A stretch of 64,000 nt of DNA from an uncultured Prevotellaceae bacterium (GCA_900318065.1 ONIY01000004.1:41721-105720); one strand, 5' to 3'. Positions 49,060-59,837 are shown, counted from the stretch's first letter. Translations and numbers: made by a program. Notes: a model not told the origin generated them from the letters alone.

Positions 49060-49255
49060 CTGAGCCAGCCGCAGGTGCTTCTTAAACCTTAGCACTTAAC
49101 CCTTAACACTTTACTTCGTCCCCTGCGTCGCAGGCGGACAAGGCCGCCTTGTCCCTACAAAGCCCCATCCATCATCCCCGCCCCTCGATTCCCCATCCCC
49201 GCTCTCCGATTCCCCATCCCCGATCCCCGCGCCGCAGGCGCCACTTAACCCTTAT
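49060..49255. repeat. Composite repeat with a REP copy
   Basis: GCCGCAGG, (TTAACAC)n, REP variant at 49135-49159, (CCCCGAT)n, CCCCGCGCCGCAGGCGC. Confidence 0.8.
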
Positions 49256-49518
49256 TCTCTCTCTATCTCCATGAGAATTTAGAAAAGTGCTTTAGGAACA
49301 GAAATTCGTTTACAAGTAGAAATTTTTCGACAATTTTATTAATACCTTAAAAATCAGCAATATAAAAAGTTTTCCACAGGATTGTTAATAACTTTTCTGT
49401 TAAAAAATGAAATTTTTTCTATTTATGTTTGTAAATTTTGATTTTTATTTTGTAATTTTACACCCCAATACAGAAGTAACAAAAAAATCTGGTTGAAAAA
49501 CTATTCAAAAAAAGAGAG

Positions 49519-50433
49519 ATGGAAGCCCCTGTTTATCACATACCAGCATTGCTCGACGAGTGCATTAACGGCTTGAATATCAAGTCGGATGGCGTCTATG
49601 CCGATGTCACCTTCGGTGGTGGCGGCCACAGTCGCGCCATTATGAGCAAGCTGGGTGAAAATGGCAGACTTCTGGGCTTTGATCAGGATATCGACGCATT
49701 GTGTAATAAGTTGGACGACAGTCGATTTACATTTGTACACGGCAATTTCTCTTTTTTGAAGAATTTTGTGCGATACTACGGCATCGACGCTCTCGACGGC
49801 ATTCTTGCCGACCTGGGAGTCTCGTTCCACCACTTCGACGACGGCGAGCGCGGGTTCTCCTTCAGGCAGGACAGCCGCCTCGACATGCGCATGAACCAGA
49901 AGGCTACCGTCGACGCCGCAACAGTGCTTGCTACCTACAGCGAGGAGCAGCTGGCATCGGTGCTTTACCTCTATGGCGAACTCAAGCAGTCGCGACGCAT
50001 GGCAAGCGCCATCGTCAAGGCGCGCAGCGAGGGCGAGATCGACACCACAGCCCGTCTCACTCAAGTGGTGATGCCATTCATCCGCAAGAGCCAGGAGAAG
50101 AAAGAACTGGCGCAAGTGTTCCAGGCACTTCGCATCGAGGTGAACCACGAGATCGACGCCCTCAAGAGCATGCTCCAGCAGTCGCTGCAGGTGCTCAAAC
50201 CTGGTGGTCGACTGGTGGTAATCACCTATCACTCGCTTGAGGACCGCCTGGTGAAGAACTTCATGCGCAGCGGCAATGTGGAGGGAAAGATTGAGAAGGA
50301 CTTCTACGGACGCGTCAACACTCCCTGGCGACTGGTCAACAACAAGGTCATCACCGCCAGCGACGAGGAGGTGGAGCGCAACCCTCGCTCTCGAAGCGCT
50401 AAACTGCGCATAGCCGAGAAAATCGCACAGTAA
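49519..50433 (+). CDS. rsmH: 16S rRNA m4C1402 methyltransferase
   Basis: DVTFGGGGHS, DLGVS, LDMRM, FQALRIEVN, HSLEDR, NPRSRSAKLR. Confidence 0.97.
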   Translation: MEAPVYHIPALLDECINGLNIKSDGVYADVTFGGGGHSRAIMSKLGENGRLLGFDQDIDALCNKLDDSRFTFVHGNFSFLKNFVRYYGIDALDGILADLGVSFHHFDDGERGFSFRQDSRLDMRMNQKATVDAATVLATYSEEQLASVLYLYGELKQSRRMASAIVKARSEGEIDTTARLTQVVMPFIRKSQEKKELAQVFQALRIEVNHEIDALKSMLQQSLQVLKPGGRLVVITYHSLEDRLVKNFMRSGNVEGKIEKDFYGRVNTPWRLVNNKVITASDEEVERNPRSRSAKLRIAEKIAQ

Positions 50434-50506
50434 CGTAATTCCACCGAGCAGGCGACTAATTATTATTTAAACACTACACACCCAGTAATCAGCAATTTAC
50501 AGGACA

Positions 50507-50899
50507 ATGGCAGCAGCTAAGGCTAAAAATAAGAAGCAAAAGAACGAAAACGAAGACCAGGGGTTCACTCTCAATCCCCTGACACTGGTGCAACGCACCT
50601 TGCAAGGACGCATGTTTCTCACGCTTGAGTTTTTCAAGCGCTACTGGCTCTATGTGGTGGCAGCAACGGTGATGATGCTCATGTACATCTCCAACAAGTA
50701 TGTGTATCAGAGCGACATGGCAAAGCTGGGCGAACTCAAAGTGTGCCTTAACAATGCCCGCACCGACTATGTCGACGCCAGCTCGACCTATAACTCCAGA
50801 ATCCTCGAGAGTCAGATGAAAAGTTATATCGACTCGATGGGTATTGACTTGAATGTATCTAAACAACCACCTTATAAAATCACAACTGAAGAGAAATGA
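50507..50899 (+). CDS. ftsL: FtsL-like cell division protein
   Basis: Single TM plus coiled coil between rsmH and ftsI. Confidence 0.75.
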   Translation: MAAAKAKNKKQKNENEDQGFTLNPLTLVQRTLQGRMFLTLEFFKRYWLYVVAATVMMLMYISNKYVYQSDMAKLGELKVCLNNARTDYVDASSTYNSRILESQMKSYIDSMGIDLNVSKQPPYKITTEEK

Positions 50900-52977
50900 A
50901 AACAACTAACAAACAACACATCCTGCTTCGTTATCTTATTGTCATTGGAATGATCCTGGTGCTGGCAATAATGATCGTTTACAACATGGTGAACATCTCG
51001 GTAGTTCACTCACAAGAATGGAATGATAAGGCCGACGCGTTGCTCAAGCTAGAGACAAAACTGGAGCCTGAGAGAGGCAAAATCCTTTCAGACGACGGCC
51101 GAGTGCTGGCTGCCAACCTTAACTACTACACCGCCCGCATCGACTGGAAGGTGGAGAGGTTCAAGAGCGAGGAGTTCTTGAAGAACCTCGATGCCTTGTG
51201 CGACAGCCTCGCAGCTTTCATGCCAGGCAAGAAGACTGCCCTGCAGTGGAAAAAAGATCTAACCGAGCAGTTCAATGCTAAGAAAAGCTCGGTATACCCT
51301 CTATTTACCGGATTAACACATTCACAGTTTGTACGCCTTAAATCTTTCCCCTTCCTGAATCTTGCACGCAACTACAGCGGCTTCTATTCCGACCCCTACG
51401 TGAAACGAGTGAAACCGTTTGGGAAGATGGCCGCACGTAGCATTGGCAACATCAGCGAGGAGGTGCGCCATGAGGGACAGCATGGCCGGTCGGGGCTCGA
51501 AATGGCTCTCGACACACTGCTTTATGGTGTGCCTGGCGTTAACAAGCGCATCCAGTTGACCAACAAGATTGTCGACTGGGAGAGCACACCAGCGGTGCCT
51601 GGCTATGACATCACCACGACTATCAACGTGCAGATGCAGGATATCGTGGAAAACGAACTTTACAAGATTTGTAAGGAAACCGACGCCGTGTGGGGCACTT
51701 GCGTGCTCATGGAGGTCGCCACTGGCGAAATCAAGGCTATCTCTAACCTTGAGCGCAACGGCGGCGACTACTACGAGGGCGTCAACAACGCCGTGCTGGG
51801 CTACGAGCCTGGCTCGGTAATGAAGCCCATATCGATGATGGTGGCGCTCGAAGACGGCATCGTGGGCGACATCAACACGCCCATCGCCACTGGTTCGGTG
51901 TGGGGCAAGTACAACGTCTCCGACCCGCATGGCGCTGCGGCACTCTCGCCCAGGCAAATCATCGAGATGTCGAGCAACATTGGCATATCAAAGATTATCC
52001 TCAGGAAGTATGAGAGCAACCCCGCCGGATTCCGTGAACGACTCGAGCAGATGGGATTCTTCGAACCGTTCAAGTCGGGTATCGGTGGCGAGCAAGAGCC
52101 AGTGATTGCCAAGCTGGGGCATGCCAATGCCGACAGGGTGGCTCTCACACGCATGGCCTATGGCTACACCACTCTCATCCCACCACTGCACACGCTTGCC
52201 ATCTACAACGCTATTGCCAACGACGGCAAGTATGTGCGCCCACACCTGGTGAAGAAACTCACGCGACCAGGCAGCAATGTCGACTCTATCGTTCCGGTAA
52301 CCTACATCCGCAAGCAGGTGTGCAGCCCCGAGAATGCCGAAAAACTGCGCACCATGCTGCACGACGTGGTGTGGGGCAACCGTGGCACGGCACGCAAGTG
52401 GGTGCAAGACGAGAATGTGGAGATCGCCGGCAAGACGGGAACAGCCTACACCGTTCGCAACGATGGCACCTATAGCGACCAGAAGCGACTCGCCTTCTGC
52501 GGGTTCTTCCCTTACAACGCTCCTAAATACAGCTGCATCGTGCTCATGCTTGGCGCCAACCGTGGTGCCGCTGCCAGCAGTGGCGTGGTGCTGAAAAATG
52601 TCGCTGCCAAGATGTATGCCCGAGGCCTGCTCGACGTCAACAGCAACTACGATGACTCGTCAACGCCCAAGCGTGAGACTGCCAGCAAGACGCCCTTTGA
52701 GAAAGTGCCCACTTTCTATCACAACAACCAGGCACAGGTGAGACGCATCAACAAGTTCTTGGGTGTCACCCAGTCGAAGGTCTTCTCAAGCAAGGCGCAA
52801 GGCACCTCGGGAGTGCCCAACGTGCGCGGCTTGTCGATTCGCGAGGCGGTAGAATGCCTTGAGAAGGTGGGTCTCGACGTGCGCTTCAAGGGCGTGGGCA
52901 GGGTAGTGGGCCAGAGCCTGGCAGCAGGTGTCTCGTTCAACAAGGGTGCAATAATAACTCTCACCCTGGCAAGTTAG
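50896..52977 (+). CDS. ftsI: Class B penicillin-binding protein with PASTA domain
   Basis: EPGSVMK (SxxK), SSN, KTG motifs. Confidence 0.93.
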   Translation: MKTTNKQHILLRYLIVIGMILVLAIMIVYNMVNISVVHSQEWNDKADALLKLETKLEPERGKILSDDGRVLAANLNYYTARIDWKVERFKSEEFLKNLDALCDSLAAFMPGKKTALQWKKDLTEQFNAKKSSVYPLFTGLTHSQFVRLKSFPFLNLARNYSGFYSDPYVKRVKPFGKMAARSIGNISEEVRHEGQHGRSGLEMALDTLLYGVPGVNKRIQLTNKIVDWESTPAVPGYDITTTINVQMQDIVENELYKICKETDAVWGTCVLMEVATGEIKAISNLERNGGDYYEGVNNAVLGYEPGSVMKPISMMVALEDGIVGDINTPIATGSVWGKYNVSDPHGAAALSPRQIIEMSSNIGISKIILRKYESNPAGFRERLEQMGFFEPFKSGIGGEQEPVIAKLGHANADRVALTRMAYGYTTLIPPLHTLAIYNAIANDGKYVRPHLVKKLTRPGSNVDSIVPVTYIRKQVCSPENAEKLRTMLHDVVWGNRGTARKWVQDENVEIAGKTGTAYTVRNDGTYSDQKRLAFCGFFPYNAPKYSCIVLMLGANRGAAASSGVVLKNVAAKMYARGLLDVNSNYDDSSTPKRETASKTPFEKVPTFYHNNQAQVRRINKFLGVTQSKVFSSKAQGTSGVPNVRGLSIREAVECLEKVGLDVRFKGVGRVVGQSLAAGVSFNKGAIITLTLAS

Positions 52978-53014
52978 TAACCACTTAAACAACAATGTAA
53001 TAAATAAGTAAAAA

Positions 53015-54481
53015 ATGGATACAAAGATATTAAAGCAATTACTGGAGTCAATCGACGTGCTCAGCATCGTGGGTGATGTTGACAAGACCATCGTCGATGT
53101 CACTTGCGACTCAAGAACAGTGAAAGAGGGGAGCCTCTTTGTGGCTGTGAGGGGTGTGAGCGTCGATGCCCACCAGTTCCTGCCGCAGGTGGCGCAAGAT
53201 GGTGCCGCAGCGGTGGTGTGTGAGCAACTGCCCAGCGCTCCCAGCGAGCATGTCACCTATGTGCTGGTGAAGGACAGCAACATCGCCCTTGCCCACCTGG
53301 CAAGCGCATGGTATGACTATCCCTCGTCGCAACTCAAGCTCGTGGGCGTTACCGGCACCAATGGCAAGACAACCATCGCCACTCTGCTTTATGAGCTTGC
53401 CAATCTCATGGGATTCAAGGCGGGACTGCTCTCTACGGTGCGCAACATCGTCGACAAGCGCGTGGAGCCCGCTAAGCAAACCACCCCCGACCACCTCACC
53501 CTCAACCGTCTCTTGCACGAGATGGTACAGGCAGGATGTGAATACGCCTTCATGGAGGTGAGTTCGCACGCTTGCGTGCAGCACCGCGTCGACGGACTCA
53601 AGTTTGCTGGTGGCATCTTCACTAATCTCACCCGCGACCACCTCGACTATCACGGCACTGTCGACAACTATATCAAGGCAAAGAAGATGTTCTTCGACTC
53701 GCTCGGCAGCGACGCTTTTGCAGTCATCAATATCGACGACAAGGTGGGACCAGTGATGGTGCAGAACACCAAGGCTAAGAAATACACCTACTCGCTGCTC
53801 ACTCTCGCCGACTTCAAGTGCCGCATGATTGAGGACCGGCTCGACGGCACTTTGCTTAACATCAATGGCACTAACGTCGACGTGCTGTTCACCGGGCGTT
53901 TCAATGCCTACAATCTCACCTCGGTCTATGCCGCAGCGCTGCTGCTGGGATGGGACAAGGAGCAGGTGCTGGTGAAGATGAGCCAGCTGGTGCCTGTGGC
54001 TGGACGATTCCAGACCATGCGCTCGCCACGTGGATACATCGCTATAGTTGACTATGCCCACACCCCCGACGCTCTCATCAACGTGCTCGACGCTGCCCTT
54101 GAGGTGATGAACGGGCGGGGCACTCTCATCACCGTGTGTGGCTGTGGTGGCAACCGCGACAGCGGCAAGCGACCCATCATGGCACGTGAGGCTGCCTTGC
54201 GCAGTGGCCGACTCATCCTCACCAGCGACAATCCACGCTTCGAGGACCCCGACGCCATCTTGCGCGACATGGAGGCTGGCCTGCCAGCCGACAGGCTCTC
54301 GACCACTCTCACCATCACCGACCGCCGTCAGGCAATCAAGACCGCCTGCAGTCTCGCCCAGCCTGGCGACGTAGTGCTCGTGGCAGGCAAGGGACATGAG
54401 GACTACCAGGAGGTGAAAGGTGTGAAACACCACTTCGACGACCGCGAAGAGATAATGAAAATCTTCGAGACCGAGAAATGA
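53015..54481 (+). CDS. murE: UDP-MurNAc-dipeptide--DAP ligase
   Basis: GVTGTNGKTT, MEVSSH, DYAHTPD, DNPR, AGKGHEDYQ. Confidence 0.97.
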   Translation: MDTKILKQLLESIDVLSIVGDVDKTIVDVTCDSRTVKEGSLFVAVRGVSVDAHQFLPQVAQDGAAAVVCEQLPSAPSEHVTYVLVKDSNIALAHLASAWYDYPSSQLKLVGVTGTNGKTTIATLLYELANLMGFKAGLLSTVRNIVDKRVEPAKQTTPDHLTLNRLLHEMVQAGCEYAFMEVSSHACVQHRVDGLKFAGGIFTNLTRDHLDYHGTVDNYIKAKKMFFDSLGSDAFAVINIDDKVGPVMVQNTKAKKYTYSLLTLADFKCRMIEDRLDGTLLNINGTNVDVLFTGRFNAYNLTSVYAAALLLGWDKEQVLVKMSQLVPVAGRFQTMRSPRGYIAIVDYAHTPDALINVLDAALEVMNGRGTLITVCGCGGNRDSGKRPIMAREAALRSGRLILTSDNPRFEDPDAILRDMEAGLPADRLSTTLTITDRRQAIKTACSLAQPGDVVLVAGKGHEDYQEVKGVKHHFDDREEIMKIFETEK

Positions 54482-54646
54482 GGATCGAGGATCGGGGATC
54501 GAGGATCGAGGATCGAGACACAGCCCAGCCCCCGGAAAATCCCGGAAATCCCGGAAATCCCGGAAATCCCGGAAAATCCGGAAAAACTGACAACTGATAA
54601 CTGACAACTGATAACTGACAACTGATAACTGATAACTGACTACTGA
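54481..54646. repeat. 7-mer/9-mer/7-mer tandem arrays between murE and mraY
   Basis: (GGATCGA)n, (CCCGGAAAT)n, (CTGACAA/CTGATAA)n. Confidence 0.88.
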
Positions 54647-54649
54647 ATC

Positions 54650-55969
54650 ATGCTATACTACCTGTTTAGATTTTTAGAACAATACAACATCCCTGGGTCG
54701 CACATGTGGCAGTACATCTCGTTCCGTGCGCTGCTCACGCTCATCCTCTCGCTCGTGCTCTCGGCATGGCTGGGTGAGAAGTTCATCCACTACATGCGCA
54801 AGCGCAAGATTGGCGAGACTCAGCGCGATGCCAGCATCGACCCATTTGGAGAGAAAAAGGTGGGAACACCATCGATGGGCGGCCTTGTAATCATCACAGC
54901 CATCCTCTTGCCTGTGCTGCTGCTGGGACGCATGCGCAACATCTACATCATCCTCATGATCATCACCACCGTGTGGCTGGGATTCCTGGGATTTTGCGAC
55001 GACTACATCAAGATCTACCGCAAGCACAAGGAAGGCCTGAAAGGCAAGTATAAGATTGTGGGACAAGTGAGCATTGGCCTCATCGTGGGACTGGTGCTGT
55101 GGCTCAGCCCCGACGTGGTGATGCACGAAAACGTGGTGAAGGTGCACAACCCCAAGCAGTCGACTCTTGTGCAGCAGGCCAATAATGCCAGCGACGATGC
55201 ACAAAACACCGTTGTCGTGCACAAGACCAAGGCCGAGAAGTCGCTAAAGACCACCATCCCCTTTGTCAAGAACCACAACCTTGACTATGGCGCGCTCACC
55301 AAGTGGATGGGCGACTGGGGAGGTGCTGCAGGATGGGCGCTGTTTGTGATCATGACGATTCTTGTGGTCACTGCAGTGAGCAATGGTGCCAACCTCAACG
55401 ACGGCATGGACGGCATGTGTGCCGGCAACTCGGCTATCATGGGCGTGGCACTGGGTATACTCGCCTATGTGAGCTCCAATTTTGAGTATGCTGCCTATCT
55501 TAATATAATGTATATCCCCGATAGTCAGGAACTGGTGGTGTTTATGTGCGCTTTCGTTGGTGCACTCATCGGTTTCCTGTGGTACAACGCCTATCCGGCA
55601 CAGATGTTCATGGGCGACACCGGCTCGCTCACCATTGGAGGTATCATTGGTGTGTGTGCCGTGATTATTCACAAGGAGCTGCTCGTGCCCATCTTGTGTG
55701 GCGTGTTCCTCATGGAGAGCCTTAGCGTGATTATCCAAACTCAGGTCTACAAGGTCTACAAGCGCAAGGGCAAGAAGGTGAGAGTGTTCCGCTCTACACC
55801 CATTCATGACAACTTTCGCAAGCTCGACAAGGACTTGGCGCCCGACAGCCACTATGTGCTGCGCAACTGGCCACGCACCATGTCGCACGAGTCGAAAATC
55901 ACGCTGCGATTCTGGATTGTAACTATCATCCTGGCAGCATTCACAATCATCACTTTGAAAATAAGATAA
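54650..55969 (+). CDS. mraY: Phospho-MurNAc-pentapeptide transferase
   Basis: GTPSMGG, DDYIK, NLNDGMDG, FMGDTGS. Confidence 0.97.
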   Translation: MLYYLFRFLEQYNIPGSHMWQYISFRALLTLILSLVLSAWLGEKFIHYMRKRKIGETQRDASIDPFGEKKVGTPSMGGLVIITAILLPVLLLGRMRNIYIILMIITTVWLGFLGFCDDYIKIYRKHKEGLKGKYKIVGQVSIGLIVGLVLWLSPDVVMHENVVKVHNPKQSTLVQQANNASDDAQNTVVVHKTKAEKSLKTTIPFVKNHNLDYGALTKWMGDWGGAAGWALFVIMTILVVTAVSNGANLNDGMDGMCAGNSAIMGVALGILAYVSSNFEYAAYLNIMYIPDSQELVVFMCAFVGALIGFLWYNAYPAQMFMGDTGSLTIGGIIGVCAVIIHKELLVPILCGVFLMESLSVIIQTQVYKVYKRKGKKVRVFRSTPIHDNFRKLDKDLAPDSHYVLRNWPRTMSHESKITLRFWIVTIILAAFTIITLKIR

Positions 55970-56026
55970 TAGAGATAAAAAAGTCATCATAGTAAAACGA
56001 GAATTAAGAAAAACAGTATTAAGGAA

Positions 56027-57364
56027 ATGAAACGTTTAGTAGTAATTGGCGGAGGAGAGAGTGGAGTTGGCGCAGCAGTGCTGGGCAAAGTGAAAGGTAT
56101 GGACGTGTGGCTCACCGACATGGGAACAATAGCACCACGCTACAAGGAAATCCTCAACAAGTGGGAGATCAACTGGGAAGAAGGTCATCACACCGAGGAA
56201 AAGGTGCTTGCTGCCCATGAGATTGTCAAGAGTCCAGGCGTTCCCTTGACGGCTCCGCTCATCGTCAAAGCAATGGCCAAAGGCATTCCTGTCATCTCTG
56301 AGATAGAGCTGGCAGGACGCTACACCGACGCCAAAATGGTTTGTATTACCGGCAGTAACGGCAAGACCACCACTACATTGCTCACCTACCACATTTTCAA
56401 GGAGGCGGGCCTGAATGTTGGTCTTGCCGGGAATGTCGGCAAGAGTCTGGCTATGCAGGTGGCTACCGAGAAGCACGACGTTTATGTCATCGAGCTGAGC
56501 AGTTTCCAGCTCGACAACATGTATGACTTCAAGGCCAACATCGCCGTGATGCTTAACATCACCCCCGACCACCTCGACCGCTACGACCACAAGATGGAGA
56601 ACTATACCGCCGCCAAGTTCCGCATCATGCAGAACCAAACGAGCGACGACGCCTTCATCTACTGGGAGGATGACCCCATTATCTCGGCGCAACTCAAGAA
56701 CATGAAGAGCGAGGCGCGCATGTTCCCATTCAGTGCTCGCGACGACAAGTCGTGCACTGCATTCCTGAGCGAGGGGCAGCTGTGCTTCAACGTTGAGGGC
56801 GACGAGTGGAATATGCCACGCGAGGAACTGTCGCTCAAGGGGTTGCACAATGTCTACAACTCGATGGCAGCTGGTATCAGCGCATCGCTCATGGACATTA
56901 AGAAGGAAAACATTCGCAAGGCGCTTGCCAGCTTTGAGGCAGTGGAGCACAGGCTGGAATATGTGCGCACCTTGCATGGTGTGAAATATATCAACGACTC
57001 TAAGGCTACCAATGTCAACAGCACCTGGTATGCACTCGAGAGCATGAGCGAACCAGTGGTGCTCATCCTCGGTGGCAAGGACAAGGGTAACGACTACAGC
57101 GAGATAGAGGCGCTTGTGAGCAAGAAGGTGGCTGCCATCGTGTGCCTGGGAGTGGACAACACTAAGCTGCACGCCTTCTTCGATGGCAAGGTGGCTGTGG
57201 TGGAAGACGCGCGCAGCATGCAGGAGTGCGTGGACAAGTGCAGCAAGCTTGCTCACGACGGCCAAACGGTGCTTCTCTCGCCTTGCTGTGCAAGCTTCGA
57301 CCTCTTCAAGAGCTATGAGGACCGCGGCGAGCAGTTCAAGGAGTGTGTTAATGCTCTCGTCTAA
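56027..57364 (+). CDS. murD: UDP-MurNAc-Ala--D-Glu ligase
   Basis: ITGSNGKTTT, ELSSFQL, HRLE, NDSKATN, LILGGKDK. Confidence 0.97.
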   Translation: MKRLVVIGGGESGVGAAVLGKVKGMDVWLTDMGTIAPRYKEILNKWEINWEEGHHTEEKVLAAHEIVKSPGVPLTAPLIVKAMAKGIPVISEIELAGRYTDAKMVCITGSNGKTTTTLLTYHIFKEAGLNVGLAGNVGKSLAMQVATEKHDVYVIELSSFQLDNMYDFKANIAVMLNITPDHLDRYDHKMENYTAAKFRIMQNQTSDDAFIYWEDDPIISAQLKNMKSEARMFPFSARDDKSCTAFLSEGQLCFNVEGDEWNMPREELSLKGLHNVYNSMAAGISASLMDIKKENIRKALASFEAVEHRLEYVRTLHGVKYINDSKATNVNSTWYALESMSEPVVLILGGKDKGNDYSEIEALVSKKVAAIVCLGVDNTKLHAFFDGKVAVVEDARSMQECVDKCSKLAHDGQTVLLSPCCASFDLFKSYEDRGEQFKECVNALV

Positions 57365-57413
57365 GGAATGATTTGGAAAAAAAGAATGTATAACAATGTA
57401 ATATCAAGGTAAA

Positions 57414-58733
57414 ATGAGTGAGAAAGCATCAAGATATATAGAGATGTCGCGCCGTTATGGCGATATTTGGATTTGGGGCATCTATCTCACACTCATCGTG
57501 TTCTCGATTGTTGAGTCCTACTCGGCGTCGAGTCGTGATGTGGCTAAAATGGGTGTGTATGAACCGGTCATCAGGCAGGTGGTGTTCCTGGCGATGGGCG
57601 CTGTGGCTGTGGTGGGACTGAGCCGCATCAACTACAACAACCGCATGTTGTTGCTGGTGCTCATTCCGCTGCTGTGGATCTTTACTGTTCTGAGCCTTAT
57701 CTATGTGATGGTTAACGGTGAGATTATCAATGGCGCGCAACGTGCGTTCACCATTCCTGGCATTGGGCTCACGGTGCAGCCTGCCGAGCTTGCCAAGCTC
57801 TCGGCGGTGACGGCGCTGGCTTATATTATGGCAAAGAACCAGCAGGACCGCGATGTGTCGGTGTGGGGACTCGTGCTCTCTACTGTGGTGGTGGCGGTCT
57901 TTGGCGCTCTGATGTTCCAGAGCGGACTCACCAACACGCTCCTGCTCATGTGCATCAGTGGCTCTATGTTCCTCATTGGCGGTGCCAGGTGGAAGAAACT
58001 CATTGTCCTGGCACTGGTATATGCTGTTGTCGCAGGGGTGTTCTATGTGTGGAAAGAGGCGAGCGATAAGCGTGAGGCCAACATGAAGCAACTTGCCAAC
58101 ACCGAGAACGCTACAACCGACAAAAAGAAGGTTGACCGCACCGACGTTCGCAATGAGCGCATGTATAACTACTTCCACCGCGACTCGCTCATTTATAAAG
58201 ATGTGACCAGCGAGAACAGCCAGGAGATGTTCTCCATCATGGCGCAGGCACATGGGGGACTAACGGGAGTGGGAATTGGCAACTCGCGTGAGTGCAGCCG
58301 CCTGCCACTGGCGTTCAGCGACTACATCTACTCGATTATTATTGAGGAAACGGGGCTCATAGGCGGCGTGTTCTTGCTGATACTCTACCTGTGGCTGCTC
58401 TCAAGAGCTGCAATGATCGCGCGGCGTTGCCACCGTGTGCTGCCGGCTCTGCTGGTAATTGGCATGGCGGCGATGATCACGTTCCAGGCGCTCTTCCACA
58501 TGGCCATCAACACTGGGGTGTTCCCCGTCTCGGGACAGCCCTTGCCGCTCATCTCTAAGGGTGGCACCTCGATTATCGTGACAAGTATTGCCTTTGGTGT
58601 GATGCTCAGCGTGAGCCGCACAATTAATAATATAACTAACAAAAAGAACAAGGATGAGGGCATTGCGCTGCCAAGCGGTCTCGATGCCGAGAATCCTACC
58701 GAAATTCCTGTAAAAAATGAGTGGAAACAATAA
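57414..58733 (+). CDS. ftsW: SEDS glycosyltransferase
   Basis: QPAELAK, SDYIYSIIIEE, LPLISKGGTS. Confidence 0.93.
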   Translation: MSEKASRYIEMSRRYGDIWIWGIYLTLIVFSIVESYSASSRDVAKMGVYEPVIRQVVFLAMGAVAVVGLSRINYNNRMLLLVLIPLLWIFTVLSLIYVMVNGEIINGAQRAFTIPGIGLTVQPAELAKLSAVTALAYIMAKNQQDRDVSVWGLVLSTVVVAVFGALMFQSGLTNTLLLMCISGSMFLIGGARWKKLIVLALVYAVVAGVFYVWKEASDKREANMKQLANTENATTDKKKVDRTDVRNERMYNYFHRDSLIYKDVTSENSQEMFSIMAQAHGGLTGVGIGNSRECSRLPLAFSDYIYSIIIEETGLIGGVFLLILYLWLLSRAAMIARRCHRVLPALLVIGMAAMITFQALFHMAINTGVFPVSGQPLPLISKGGTSIIVTSIAFGVMLSVSRTINNITNKKNKDEGIALPSGLDAENPTEIPVKNEWKQ

Positions 58734-59832
58734 TCAGTTGAAAGTGCTCGTCAGTGGTGGAGGTACAGGTGGACACATCTTCCCGGCACTGTCGATAGCC
58801 AATGAGATTAAGCGTCGCGTGCCTCAGGCTCAAATTCTCTTTGTGGGAGCCGAGGGACGCATGGAGATGGAAAGGGTGCCGGCTGCCGGTTATGAGATTA
58901 AGGGCCTGCCGGTGCGGGGTTTTGACCGCAAGAACCTGTTGCGCAACGTCAAGGTGCTCATGGACCTGCGACGCAGCATGAAACTCGCACGCAACATCCT
59001 CAAGGAGTTTGAGCCTAATGTGGCTGTGGGTGTGGGTGGATATGCCAGCGGACCCATGCTCAAGGAGTGCCAGAAGGCGGGAATTCCCACTCTGCTGCAG
59101 GAGCAGAACTCCTATGCCGGGGTGACCAACAAGCTGCTTGCCAAGAAGGCACAATGCATCTGTGTCGCCTATGAGGGCATGGAGCGGTTCTTCCCTGCCG
59201 ACAAGATTGTGATGACTGGCAACCCCGTGCGACGCAATCTGCTCGAGTGCAACGCCACGGTCGAGGAGGCACGACAGGCCTTTGGGCTCGACACTGCCAA
59301 GCGCACGATACTGATAATTGGCGGCAGCCTGGGAGCACGCACCATCAACGACAGCATCATCGCCGGGCTTGACGTGATTGCGCAGCACGACGATGTGCAA
59401 GTGATATGGCAAACGGGTAAAATCTATGACGACCGTTGCCGCGAGGCGCTTGAGGCATCTAAGGCTGCCAATGTGAAGCAGATGGCGTTTATCAGCAATA
59501 TGGATCTGGCTTATCGCGCTGCCGACCTCGTGATCTCACGTGCCGGAGCCAGCTCAATCAGCGAGCTGCAACTGCTGGGCAAGGCATCGATTCTTGTGCC
59601 ATCGCCTAATGTTGCCGAGGACCATCAAACCAAGAACGCCATGGCTCTGGTCAACCACAACGCGGCTCTGATGATTCCCGATGCCGAGGCTGGCAACAAG
59701 CTTGTTGATGTTATGCTCAACACCATTGGGGAAGAGGCAGTGCTTCAAAAACTTGGCGACAACGTTGAGAAAATGGCGCTGCGCAACGCGGCCGAGGTAA
59801 TCGTCGACAAGGTGCTGCAGATTGCAAGATAG
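58717..59832 (+). CDS. murG: Lipid II GlcNAc transferase
   Basis: GGGTGGHIFP, GGYAS, EQNS, GGSLGA, SRAGA, DHQ. Confidence 0.97.
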   Translation: MSGNNNQLKVLVSGGGTGGHIFPALSIANEIKRRVPQAQILFVGAEGRMEMERVPAAGYEIKGLPVRGFDRKNLLRNVKVLMDLRRSMKLARNILKEFEPNVAVGVGGYASGPMLKECQKAGIPTLLQEQNSYAGVTNKLLAKKAQCICVAYEGMERFFPADKIVMTGNPVRRNLLECNATVEEARQAFGLDTAKRTILIIGGSLGARTINDSIIAGLDVIAQHDDVQVIWQTGKIYDDRCREALEASKAANVKQMAFISNMDLAYRAADLVISRAGASSISELQLLGKASILVPSPNVAEDHQTKNAMALVNHNAALMIPDAEAGNKLVDVMLNTIGEEAVLQKLGDNVEKMALRNAAEVIVDKVLQIAR

Positions 59833-59837
59833 AGCGT

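Noticed and set aside
49260-49518. Chromosomal oriC
   Set aside because: Only one good and one imperfect DnaA box; insufficient without GC-skew data.
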